Source: Candidatus Altimarinota bacterium
GTDB taxonomy: Bacteria; Patescibacteriota; Gracilibacteria; UBA1369
Reading direction: 5' to 3'
Length of the DNA: 64,000 bases
Assembly (NCBI GenBank): GCA_963677745.1
Contig: OY782391.1
Span: 960,001 to 1,024,000, forward strand
Below are positions 39,701 to 44,809 of the stretch, piece by piece. Position 1 is the stretch's first letter, and every line of letters begins with the position of its first letter. Below the pieces are notes generated by a model, which worked only from the letters and a program-made list of their open reading frames with translations, did not search any database and was not told the DNA's origin. Position numbers and translations under genes: made by a program.

Positions 39701-42285
39701 TCAATAGTGTTGATCGGTTTCCCGTTGATTAAAATTTGGGTGGTATCATCGACCGGTTTCTGGATTGATTTAAGAAAATCCGTTTTGGCCTGTTCAATCA
39801 GAGTTGGATCCGGTATCAGGGCCAATGCATCCAGCCAGGGCTCAATGGCACTGAAGAAGTCGTTATTCTTATATCCAAAATTTACAAAATTAATGTTGTT
39901 GAATTTGAGTTTTGATCCGGGCGGAAAAACCCCGTTGGCATCCGGCAGTATCACATAACCGCTCAGGGTAGAGCCTTTGACCAGCTCAATATCATACTGC
40001 AATTGCTGCACATATTTATCCACCCTCTTTTCAATGGCATCATTGACGGCTTTGAGATAAAGCCGGGTGAACTCGTCTTTGGCGGCCACCAGAAAAGGGA
40101 AAGTTACCAGATCGGAAACGTTCTTATTGTTGCTGTCTTTATAGGTCTGCTTGTAGCGCCCGGTGGAATCGGTCCAGACATTGATATCGGCAAAGAATTT
40201 ATCAAACAGATCATTGTATTTCTTGAAAAAATTCATGATGATATCCTTGGTGCGGATATCCGGCAGATTCTCAAAGATGTCCCCGCCGTCACTCTGCGTA
40301 CCCAGGGCATTTCCGGGATCTTCATCCTTTGGTCCGTCCTGATCTTTGTCATTGTCCGCCCCCCCATCCTCATCCACCATACCGTCTTCATCGTCATCCG
40401 ACGGACTACCCTCGTCTATCCACTCATCGCCCGACGGAAAAGGCCCCAGAAAACGCGGAATCAGCATCGGCGGCAGGGGCGGGATCAGCATGGTGATGAT
40501 CGGGAATGACCACCAGGCTTTCTTGTCCGTAGTACTCTTCATGCTGTCGAAGGCCTGTTTCACGTTGCCGTTGGCGGCTGCACTGAGCAAATCGCCAATC
40601 TGAAAAGGGGTCAGCATCAGCGAGCCATAGTCGCGTTCATAACCATCGGGCCAGCCATCCTGGTCCGAATCGACTGAGTCATTGTCTTCATCCGTGTCGC
40701 ATTCACCCGGACAACCGTCACCGTTCATATCGCCCAGATCATCTTCATCCTGTTTGCCATCCTGATCGGCGTCATTATCCTGGGAAGTATCCTCATCAAT
40801 TCTTCCGTCACGGTCATTATCCACCTGGATGAACGCGTCTCCTTCATCCTCGTCTGTGCCTTCGTCGACCCGCATGTCTTCTTCGGGATTGTTGTTGACG
40901 TTATCGGATACCTTGTAAAGGCTTCCCGGTTTGGTGTTGTAATAGTTTCCTGTTTTGTAGGGTTGGCCGGCAGCCTGGCACTTTTGAAGTACGGTTTTAC
41001 CCAAAGCAGGTATCGGGGAGCAGATTCCCCAAACACCTTCTTCATCATTATCGATTTTTCCATCATTGTCGTCGTCCACCCGGTTAATCAAACCGAACAG
41101 GGGACTGCCCGGTTCACCGTCGCCGTCATCATCGTAACCGTTGGATGGATCCTCATCTATCTTGCCGTCGCCGTCATTGTCCACGCCGTCTCCTTCGGGC
41201 TTGCCGAGCGGTGACTCGGACAGCAGTTTTTTGGCCCAGGTTTTATTGAAACGGAAATAGCTGATGTCTTCCCAGTATTTCAGATACTGTTCGTAACTGG
41301 GCAGGCCTTCCGCACCCATCAGCTGGTATTCCTTGTTCAGGTCGCTATAGAAAAGTTTCTTGTCGAAATCACTCCAGCCCGGTTCCCCGATCTTGAAGAG
41401 ATGGTTTTTATCAAAATATTCCGCCAGTAATTCATTACCCTCCTCTCCGTCCGCCGGAGGAACAATCAGGCCGTGCCAGACATCCGCAGCGGGATTCTGA
41501 CTAGCCGTGTTGATTTTGAAATCCCCGCTGGCCTGATCAAAAACATAATATGGTTCGTCAAAGTCGGTATAAGGAAAAAGGCTGACAAAACGGTTATCAT
41601 TTTTATTTACCACCGGCAGTGGCACCTGGCCGACGATCACCAGACCGGTCAGCCGGTTGGTTTCGGAAAGAGTGCCGTCACCTTCCCGGTAGAGTTTTTC
41701 CAGCGCTGCCGCAATGTCCTGTGTCGGCTGGTCGCGCTTGACCTTGATGATGGCGGTCTTTGTAAAAGGTACCGGATTTTTTACCTTATTGATTCCCTGA
41801 ACGTCTCTGGCATATCTCTCAACGCGTCCCATCAGGGTCTGTTCGGTCAGTTTGCGGTAAAGCTGGTCAGGCGAATCCGGTACTGTCTGGTTATGTTCAG
41901 TCGTCAGTCCGTCATAGCTCCGGTTGTTATTGGCGATTTCTTCGTCCACCAGAATAGCCACCAGGTTGAACTGGGTATTGTTTTTCACCTGGGTCTGGTA
42001 GGCGGCGGCTCCGGCGGCACTGTCAAACTTCTCCAGGATTTCCCCGCTCTTGCCAAATACCGAACTGACCGCCGAACTGATCATCCCACCGAAATCCGGA
42101 GCCGCCGCTTGCGTCACCTGCAACTCCCAGAAAGCCAGGGCGGTCGGGCTGGAAACATGAAAAATAAACACCGTCAGTAGCAGCAGGGACAGGCCCCGCT
42201 TCAGATCAAACCGCCGGACTGCCCGCAGCAGGGCCGTTTTGGCGGTCAAAAATCTCACCTTTAATGGTATTTTTTTTACGAACAT
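24748..42285 (-). CDS. Giant (5845 aa) multi-domain cell-surface protein: signal peptide, Asp-rich Ca-binding repeats, invasin-like Ig domains, two SLH triplets, FG-GAP/VCBS repeats, DUF11, Cys/Pro-rich core, FN3/PKD-like domains
   Basis: Uninterrupted 17.5 kb ORF. Motifs: DGVDNDGDGKIDE; DTDKDGLNDLEE and DTDKGGVKDGEE; IRPNDSITREEF, ANITRAEATKVIL, TISKAEAVKIIL (SLH); DYDNDGDKDL, DINDDGWQDLVV, DMNQDSFTDLVV (FG-GAP); GDQLEYTIKLKN..TITYRVTV (DUF11); VPADGESQ and LKADATDNT (Big_1-like). Confidence 0.95.
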   Translation of the reverse strand: MFVKKIPLKVRFLTAKTALLRAVRRFDLKRGLSLLLLTVFIFHVSSPTALAFWELQVTQAAAPDFGGMISSAVSSVFGKSGEILEKFDSAAGAAAYQTQVKNNTQFNLVAILVDEEIANNNRSYDGLTTEHNQTVPDSPDQLYRKLTEQTLMGRVERYARDVQGINKVKNPVPFTKTAIIKVKRDQPTQDIAAALEKLYREGDGTLSETNRLTGLVIVGQVPLPVVNKNDNRFVSLFPYTDFDEPYYVFDQASGDFKINTASQNPAADVWHGLIVPPADGEEGNELLAEYFDKNHLFKIGEPGWSDFDKKLFYSDLNKEYQLMGAEGLPSYEQYLKYWEDISYFRFNKTWAKKLLSESPLGKPEGDGVDNDGDGKIDEDPSNGYDDDGDGEPGSPLFGLINRVDDDNDGKIDNDEEGVWGICSPIPALGKTVLQKCQAAGQPYKTGNYYNTKPGSLYKVSDNVNNNPEEDMRVDEGTDEDEGDAFIQVDNDRDGRIDEDTSQDNDADQDGKQDEDDLGDMNGDGCPGECDTDEDNDSVDSDQDGWPDGYERDYGSLMLTPFQIGDLLSAAANGNVKQAFDSMKSTTDKKAWWSFPIITMLIPPLPPMLIPRFLGPFPSGDEWIDEGSPSDDDEDGMVDEDGGADNDKDQDGPKDEDPGNALGTQSDGGDIFENLPDIRTKDIIMNFFKKYNDLFDKFFADINVWTDSTGRYKQTYKDSNNKNVSDLVTFPFLVAAKDEFTRLYLKAVNDAIEKRVDKYVQQLQYDIELVKGSTLSGYVILPDANGVFPPGSKLKFNNINFVNFGYKNNDFFSAIEPWLDALALIPDPTLIEQAKTDFLKSIQKPVDDTTQILINGKPINTIEDISECSLYRGSEGDENSQMVIASTLYDPSANLNAASTPRMPESWNSYPQDALTGTDGNDYHGLLWHWNNGPENFLDEGVFQFLPTAAHTPTIFKWLNDQRILNKSFAGCFSENVKEPTRCFPALATRYIFSLGGTRQVTGIPKNATSHQACFDLKEKNGFDAFALAANIYLKHIAAQQTPEGKASYDPEKPSQAAIYQPPKQIKLLDITNAPPTEMEPALIIPQATIDAAQADPNLGTFSVNLEDVLKKFLGGNRVDDNSDGQIDEAAEANLQFFPIDQNGQPNWNQVGEQLLQKLRINENDPDGKVKPLKFGNNVIPGTKEVYIKVAPLVGKKISSLVYHKDPTIDTIQSQTYELARDANGNLLEDNTLSDQEKKLNGKYQVATKTVPDPNNEGQTITVKKETRSALSIPIDSPRYATFRDSKGNYQEIVYPNSFRAANVTELKQQLADLEQQLSLIEVNPLYADPELPSVNGYLTGILEPALSNDVMNTALDEVSVASESKLADALQWKSFDIDQKHNYALSHYWGSANNPFTPLSESKNGYEVLYLNSTGASDAMSMKFNKDIPPPKEEVKTESVDCTDPQFAKYLACKGQEPPSSGESGSGGSGSAPGAGEGNGESSMPVFLTEWFQKLGEWAKETMSIMAGQGATLACPAGGFTDLPGSGPVDSSAYTPDMVVSVPVDTDGNGIPDQADQTVMLSLQYDKNSKNILAGGTSDQTKVMVQALDDNGVWNKADSNSKVKLTLKTESGTDPVATIIGEDNTQLAGGKAYFLLGAGNNSGTVSLQAELADRPEVRSDVLVLKVTSERIKLMSFRRYTTYKFTEGAEAGYSIFDGNGNAIAETDPKTGYINILDKNKYELRVLAASGKKPLRQAVAGKEDGKIYAILYFVAGGDKAVNIDATSTDYSKDFTSLDGVHLKDLSAGDHLSLQSANEEEIMKGGYLIIDKNTQDNKGRVGYIDKRGNAFTALKMKIKEGPTNGPVIFQIENSNGQPALELYVGSRFEKITELPYEEINEFFAKLPGVLLAGNWLAAKFSTRRAHAQEPTVPVSTTTPTGLIIPDTDKDGLNDLEELSIGTDLNKADTNGNGQSDLQDLTEGNDPRLPDKLLFNDLSKGQEGFNEVVKLLRRGVVVADSNGDIRPNDSITREEFIKLDLGGICVMCDRFSEKVKESVMKVYTRTAFPDTDIGQDYKYCVAEGKNRGIISGYKAYENVGYYVPKANITRAEATKVILETARQQIESFPQFVANENLSGKPWYYNYVLTAQKEGIFPRGKFQLLDDPSSDKFKAYFDQEIINSSSGLPGGLANSQFMIWLNQPISRVEFAIMVSRFSDKYNCLTNDKDGDGLPDNLEKYVYGTNPGDADTDKGGVKDGEEVLRGSNPLDPADDFPKPPQPDANSDDDDDGLTYSRETEDTKTNPLDPDTDKGGVRDGTEVLLGIDPLDTGDDKLFGSGSGLESAGDGAYLSGLEIGPKTIYEVPDISAADAAQINTEETDRVPADGESQLYIRASIYDENGNLRNDDSLSVVKFGFKDKDDGITSSLYPLNVQAKNGVAETTLTTKTTTGLPTVIASIDGKNVPSDEKLLEVYALPPAKAELKAVSPIIPSGGKSTTDLLATFRDKNGNLADSASYTATFGLETDAGGEKPAQLDPKQDEDKALPGIQVTSVTGQYQLKLLSGQAPEGLNVKVSYQDPELVTQEIPNNSTATLLKAGSQIFLPASVEADATVQTRDDLQLIIKSNKPELKADATDNTQVEVRVEDALGNNLSSFKGEANLKLMNPEMGQILDAQKNPLSSLTLPLENGLVKFTVRSSTKAGKMVLLASIPGLSTSSLTLENYAFNPKMIVLESSQMEVKADPAQGYTVRAKIFDGNGNLVKRDNSTSLTFSIDPESAKFGQIISQPAVKVKNGQADVDFQTGTLTGPVRIRAKAKDLLDGYLEVSVVNQLAGRDLRQIKPKFLYADLLGASFGEVTQTDYFGGWFVFSGKVQSAASLITDPKPKMRLLEVLTSGAVKLNDSNSFEIRLVPTGQDNAPVKQVVNDLNKKKELMEVSIVAKPQSQVKLVLDPADLDLTHETVNVLNLVAEDQHYIFENEGEKITLTRDNQLLAEIGRDAKVRLFGPTVDLVTGEGNYPSNINWSLRDMGNELGQVIISTANPVGVKLLEDEPLAGIPGVYLRKLSELPDRSFVQSFSGNSSAAPRGYYYTDDSQPLGKDKAPGMPYLSLESADQEDGIGLKGDNKNVLLFSAGNSAGEANLPYSSDAGVVLGDPTVRLDNRRDPTTLDRLYSATGFTMDMGKMILADNKTVKEVTPIDYDNDGDKDLFVSFEDGRIKLMENVNYGKEFLPRGVLLNFPTGILSQAVLDINDDGWQDLVVATADSCKIGEVCVDAYLNNQGNFVRKNLALEGYSAKNKVFMLRAADMNQDSFTDLVVSDDNGNVKIFYVHKGEINLKGSQVGNLGVKINQTDNLKEEVFVHYDNMQGNQAGSQDDKYFEKITLKGDTAAQDQTLEFKSLADDVVPLGTLGTYSTKKAQDITEPFDVLSLGDQLEYTIKLKNTLNKAVSQLMLADIVPENVELNKDSIKCSDCKKPIRLIDSGMSLRPYLITGSDEATGIDLPANSTRTITYRVTVKQLPKVKIAVGQNLTSSYPVQDGYPDIAASPDGNPTGRMVYYYSISKNNGTGQMTYGTYVTPDPNASATTGYQQPTNPETGKPVGIDLSLFEQKGPDGMPIAVKYLMDYGTFPGITMGDTGGGGGGGGGSTEGDSVSGIPGVGAFYDGAGAALDQAADKLEGALAALTCTGGCIPLPINFAFLAPGAINVMGIPSGFDPGFPIFAAGIPSPVPIWPPSPFQASQYRLYLSPTLTGKIAMANCFGTYLVGFGPVPGNCFTIVLPIDPFAELCKAINKAMQGALGAANSIVSDVSGTIGNVSDGSLADTPTADGKNYTGGFEASSSLGNYGFKVNAKSNIRMPGFPSVLTDWLDNQSSEIINKLTDLPDIYILFPKVWAPFQDAGKVISDLKEGNLRVKDEPVNPSGLRGVLNKINQFPLLSIVPQEVIIKIPSLTPGEIERFINDAKQWVQDEKYELERALAVWKCGPFKEMVDDPNGGGGKVPGYETTDAEGKTVIVYGDRPYAKVCDIFTADMTKLIQSVEKNIEVLEGYKKLPRQLLAWRNMLTKYVSQVICYIDAIVQFFVGNIAKWLDQAYGWVDAVAKLVETIATWKMMFDLIIDYQTSCDKCSSARFTLLELILKLFAFIPSPPIIPFPKLPDIYLDFSQVQMGITILFPDIKFRPEKLVLPKLPRIVLPELPTFQITLPEIPVLPDLSFSLPELPDLPPLIIPALPNLPPPPKIPALPGAIKATISILKKIFKILCLIKKGFIPTNENVLKSTVEHMTERGLDPLLPFDLGLAFQLPNISYDYVDRIVLTVKINLNKALQFTTIYDMVQLVANNLNKVSTTFSETANSLTKGIENAAAASAAAANATMQNNMPEGNAGNNALLNYLPADLQTQLSSDQSLAREFAAFSPQLAESIAGLMTVSKELEAESARYREIIDRDFQDIKLVAGATVINPTDSSVNKSLENLQNFDYDGVMLALGDGFDETKKLANLRQNLFAYARENQKIDEQLLASNDLSKFATLTAKLPGISDLLVKSGYAEGTMMASEKKTYAKVPSMDDLTANSGLPASLQSKPVSKGMFIYNEAQQINEKLISYEDELSLPSTMNFVDVNGDTDKDLVYSFGSNVYLKENYKTTGKIGKFYGGMPKYYDLEELVPAERSVSGLLATFTGNQTLDLTWSAITAADSTGYELIVGPKLGGVAYKGVINDLKASGLSKYVYLNSQESTGGMLTNSVLQAEENAYEFPASQLYEMVAAEVSGEVVFTGPQQKILPGGSERYLLSAGEQIFASQDSVLQVWSDGQEMAKKKMSARELISLPDSFGAQLEIKVESGSVTIITPSSTVENQKLLPGAKIELNTRYESVGDGSALIKLPQEAYTRVDAEQNMQIGVLDDPANPAITLNLPNGFYYAVVRSFDRTGFRSLQTAAVPLSPNICSDRQVPLPVAGPSLRKVAIFKTLTVDTGRSFDTFGKIMSYYIDTDLTYDSNGDGNPTNDRNLGHDINPGVDSDGNGLAYDDLDDPVFTLGPYKDLNPRQVMLNVVDQSNNTGQQQIDIEIYVPKISLDEQSATLQIKQNGEGETVSGSLDPVEDQMPISLLRDRAGVKEALHTLSANANGKYFSNAEGKFSVNDLNLNDTVVIKNEKGEVVAEIDPKTGRVILKNPLYSVEALPAEEPLLPTRVVVKDPQGKIIATLFVVSDANTDVVVDGPEVVYTGPSVLLFKGVHIKDLLGSSTGGSSDFEIKKIPGDAEKFAGGVEILEKSSLKRVAVLDSGGNFYIYDPRIKLALKSASALKDPMIFQVVLQKPDNSTAVIAEFYISFSYKKPITILDPASFQLFVGASSNKGPDFDTDKDGMPDLWEQQYGLNIDNAADADEDSDQDGLSNLEEYLAGTNPLLADSDGDGYPDSFEKVFGTDPNAAATSPFSDVDKNNPYYQSILNFFQRGILKGIPSGNRVKFGFDEPILRSEFAKVILDTFCIVPRPEAKIGPAVFTDIPYQEGVAPPWYYAATKEAYFQGFITGYRGLIDKVSGKTPFAPDATISKAEAVKIILEALEREGLISLDKVPLTEPYYVPYLQIAQNLTTVIKPGKTLKSNYLLTAEEAVNPEADLNRGEFIKLADRVLLAYDCSLIDTDGDGMPDFWEKQHNLDYLDPSDADDDPDKDRLVNLEEYKFGTDPWLADTDKGGIWDGVEVLDRHTNPLDPSDDYLDADGDGLSDQDEINKYKTSPNDADTDKGGVKDGDEVLKNGTNPLNRLDDRDTDGDGLGDQEETDIYKTDPLNPDTDGGGIKDGMEVKRGTDPLNPADDLIDPRKDLGEGVYVIPEPCASCPCPSAIDHTADLIVGDKLIGVISNDNNSEIFSESNLVEIKEIKEYGE

Positions 42286-42333
42286 TGAAAAGCTGCTTTT
42301 TGTTTGTGTTTTGCGGTTTTCTACCTTCCTTAC

Positions 42334-42400
42334 ATTATAACAAAGGTCGCCTATACAAAAAAAGCCTCGCCGCCTATACAGTTAGCCAAAAACGCCTACT
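42334..42400 (-). promoter_or_regulatory. Extended -10 promoter of the giant gene with three phased upstream direct repeats
   Basis: TGTTATAAT on the minus strand (42334-42342). CGCCTATACA at 42348 and 42371; CGCCTAC at 42393. Confidence 0.6.
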
Positions 42401-42624
42401 TTGTATTGACTTGGGGGGAGAGTATTGAATAACTAGGCATTTCACCTGGTTTTGCGCCTCAAATCTGAATAGTCGGGAATGTTTACAAGGGGTCTCCCTC
42501 TGAAATTCACCAGACCGGGTCCGACCGGTGAAAAACGGTCCCTGGGTGGCTAAACAAGTCCAAAAATCATATCAAAAGAATAAAAAGATACGCGAAAAAG
42601 ATGAAAATACATGAAAATAACAAT

Positions 42625-42652
42625 AAAAAAGGGCGCCGTTCGGCGCCCTTTT
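42625..42652 (-). terminator. Intrinsic terminator after the pilin gene (bidirectional shape)
   Basis: AAAAAAGGGCGCCG-TT-CGGCGCCCTTTT. Confidence 0.88.
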
Positions 42653-42669
42653 CAATATCGTTGTGGATA

Positions 42670-43212
42670 TTAGTTGAGAATGTAATACCAGTTGGAGTCA
42701 ACACCGGCACCGGCGTTGAAGTTTGAAACGTTTGTCACATCCGTAGTGGCATTGGGGCAAGTAGCAGCCAGTTTCATAACATTATTACCCTTTACTGTAT
42801 CTGCAACACCTTTCATTGGAGTTTCCATTCTGATAGCTACTGCATAGGAATAACCCTTTGAACTTAGAGCAATTGGACAATAGGCAACCGGTGCGTCTGC
42901 GCCCTTGACAGCAGAACAACCCACAACAGTCTCATCAGCGGCAGAGGTGTTCTTAGCACCTACTGGTGTGATATTACCCTTGAGGTAGCTATCAACTGCA
43001 GTTCCCAGACAACCGCTGGTAGCAGCAGGATAGGAACCGTTGGCAGCCTTGTATTGTTCCAGACCGATAACGATGTCATTGAGCAGGGACTTTCTTCCGG
43101 CATCTCTGGCTGTTGCAGGGGCACTCAGGATGCTGGGCAGCAGAGCAACTGCCAAAATTCCGATGATCGAGATAACGATCAGGATCTCTATTAATGTGAA
43201 ACCTTTTTTCAT
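42670..43212 (-). CDS. Type IV pilin / GspG-like prepilin, probably a major pilin
   Basis: Class III signal MKKG/FTLIEILIVISIIGILAVALLP, then ARDAGRK..L..I..GLEQY...NGSYP; 4 Cys. Has its own promoter and terminator. Confidence 0.95.
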   Translation of the reverse strand: MKKGFTLIEILIVISIIGILAVALLPSILSAPATARDAGRKSLLNDIVIGLEQYKAANGSYPAATSGCLGTAVDSYLKGNITPVGAKNTSAADETVVGCSAVKGADAPVAYCPIALSSKGYSYAVAIRMETPMKGVADTVKGNNVMKLAATCPNATTDVTNVSNFNAGAGVDSNWYYILN

Positions 43213-43248
43213 ACTTTTATTTTGTTATTTGTTAAAAGCTTTCAATTT

Positions 43249-43277
43249 ATTCTACACTGAATACCTGCAAAAATCAA
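43249..43277 (-). promoter_or_regulatory. Pilin promoter
   Basis: TTGATT, 17-nt spacer, TAGAAT on the minus strand. Confidence 0.65.
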
Positions 43278-43413
43278 GTACCTCTGAAAAAAAATTCTGT
43301 ATAATTACTTTTGGCAGTACCTTTAATGGGGAGAGACAATCACGGATATTATAGAGGAATAGTCTTTCTGGAAGGGATTGTTTCATGATATAATATTCAG
43401 ATCATAACTACAC

Positions 43414-44745
43414 ATGTCAAAAACAAAAACCAATAAGGTCAAAATATCGTGTACAGTCCTGCTGTTGACGCTTACCTGGTCGCTGACGGCCATCTGCGCC
43501 GCACCGCCGGGTGCAACAACAGCCCCCTATCAGCTAACTTACACGGCTAAATTGACCGATTCCACCAATACTCCTGTGACCACATCGCAGTCTGTGCGTT
43601 TCTCTCTCTGGACCGATGCTGACTGGGATGCCGGTGATATCGACGGTCTTGGCAATCTCAATCCGCTGACTCCCGGTTATGCAGGCTGGCAGGAAACCCA
43701 TACCGTGATGCCCAATTCTGATGGTATTTTTACAGTGCAATTGGGGTCTATCAATACTTTTCCCAATTTTACCTCTTCAGTCCATCAATTTTTGGAAGTC
43801 GACGTCAAACCGGCACCCTCTCCCAATACTTCTTTTGAAGTACTAGATCCGGACGGAAACACCACCAATCTGACCGACCGCAAGCCCTTCAACTCTTCTC
43901 CTTATGCAGTCAACGCCGATACGCTGGATAATCGGGATGCGGGAAACGGACCAAATAATATTCCCATTCTGGACGCTCTGGGAAAACTGGTCTACGGGGT
44001 GCTTCCCGACGGGGTAAACGCCGACACTTTCATCATGGATTATGACAACAATGCCCCGGGAAACGTCATTACATTGCAATTCGGCCAGGCTCTGGCCCAA
44101 TATCTGCGCTGGAACAATCCGGTCAACCGATTTGAATTCTCGAGCAACGTCGACATCAACGGCGATCTGACTTTCAGCGGAACCGGCAACATTACCGGTG
44201 CTACCATCGACGGGACTTTAAACACTATTACCAATATACCGGTGACAGCACTGGCTGCTTACACCAAGCAGATCAGGCTCAGTCCTGAATACGACGGAGC
44301 CACACTGAAAGCTGACGGTACAGCCAATAACGGCATAATGACACTGGATAATGAGGATTTGGGAGGGCTTTCCAAACACAACTACTATCAATGGGTCACC
44401 AACAAGGCCGCCTCTCAGGACTTGGATATAAAGGTCCGTTACCAGCTTCCCACCGATTTTGTGGCATTTACGGCAGCGCCGTTGACTTTCACTTACCGGA
44501 CAGCCGATGGTGTTCCAGCCAATAACAGCCTGGACTTGACCATGTCCGACTCAACCGGCGCCGCCGTAGCTCTGACCGGCGCTTCCGGACTGGCCAACGC
44601 CGCCTGGACCGATGCCTCCATTACCTTTGCCGCCGCACCCACTTTCACCCCGGGCAGCTGGATTGAATTTGATATCAAAGCTGCTGCCGTCACAGGTCAA
44701 TATGCCCGTGCCGGGGATCTGGTACTGAATTATACCGGCAGATAG
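43414..44745 (+). CDS. Secreted beta-rich fibre-like protein, paralog of 45938-47413
   Basis: Signal peptide; LTYTAKLTDSTNTP..VRFSLW..WQETHTV..DGIFTVQLG domain; PYAVNADTLD; C-terminal ~155-aa domain shared with the 491-aa protein. Confidence 0.85.
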   Translation: MSKTKTNKVKISCTVLLLTLTWSLTAICAAPPGATTAPYQLTYTAKLTDSTNTPVTTSQSVRFSLWTDADWDAGDIDGLGNLNPLTPGYAGWQETHTVMPNSDGIFTVQLGSINTFPNFTSSVHQFLEVDVKPAPSPNTSFEVLDPDGNTTNLTDRKPFNSSPYAVNADTLDNRDAGNGPNNIPILDALGKLVYGVLPDGVNADTFIMDYDNNAPGNVITLQFGQALAQYLRWNNPVNRFEFSSNVDINGDLTFSGTGNITGATIDGTLNTITNIPVTALAAYTKQIRLSPEYDGATLKADGTANNGIMTLDNEDLGGLSKHNYYQWVTNKAASQDLDIKVRYQLPTDFVAFTAAPLTFTYRTADGVPANNSLDLTMSDSTGAAVALTGASGLANAAWTDASITFAAAPTFTPGSWIEFDIKAAAVTGQYARAGDLVLNYTGR

Positions 44746-44809
44746 AAAAAAACATAGGCGGCGGTTCAATCTGCCCGATTGCCTTTTAGTCAGTCCTGTA
44801 TTAATATTT

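Noticed and set aside
24748-42285. RTX or RHS/YD toxin interpretation of the giant protein
   Set aside because: The Asp/Gly repeats are of the DxDxDG type rather than GGxGxDxLx, and no YD repeats or RHS core motif were seen.
42180-42285. Tat signal in the giant protein (AVRRFD)
   Set aside because: Poor match to S/T-R-R-x-F-L-K, and the protein is far too large for folded export. An extended Sec signal is more likely.
42436-42560. SRP RNA, tmRNA or tRNA
   Set aside because: No SRP domain IV motif, no tRNA cloverleaf or T-loop, and no tmRNA ends. Kept only as a low-interest unknown RNA candidate.
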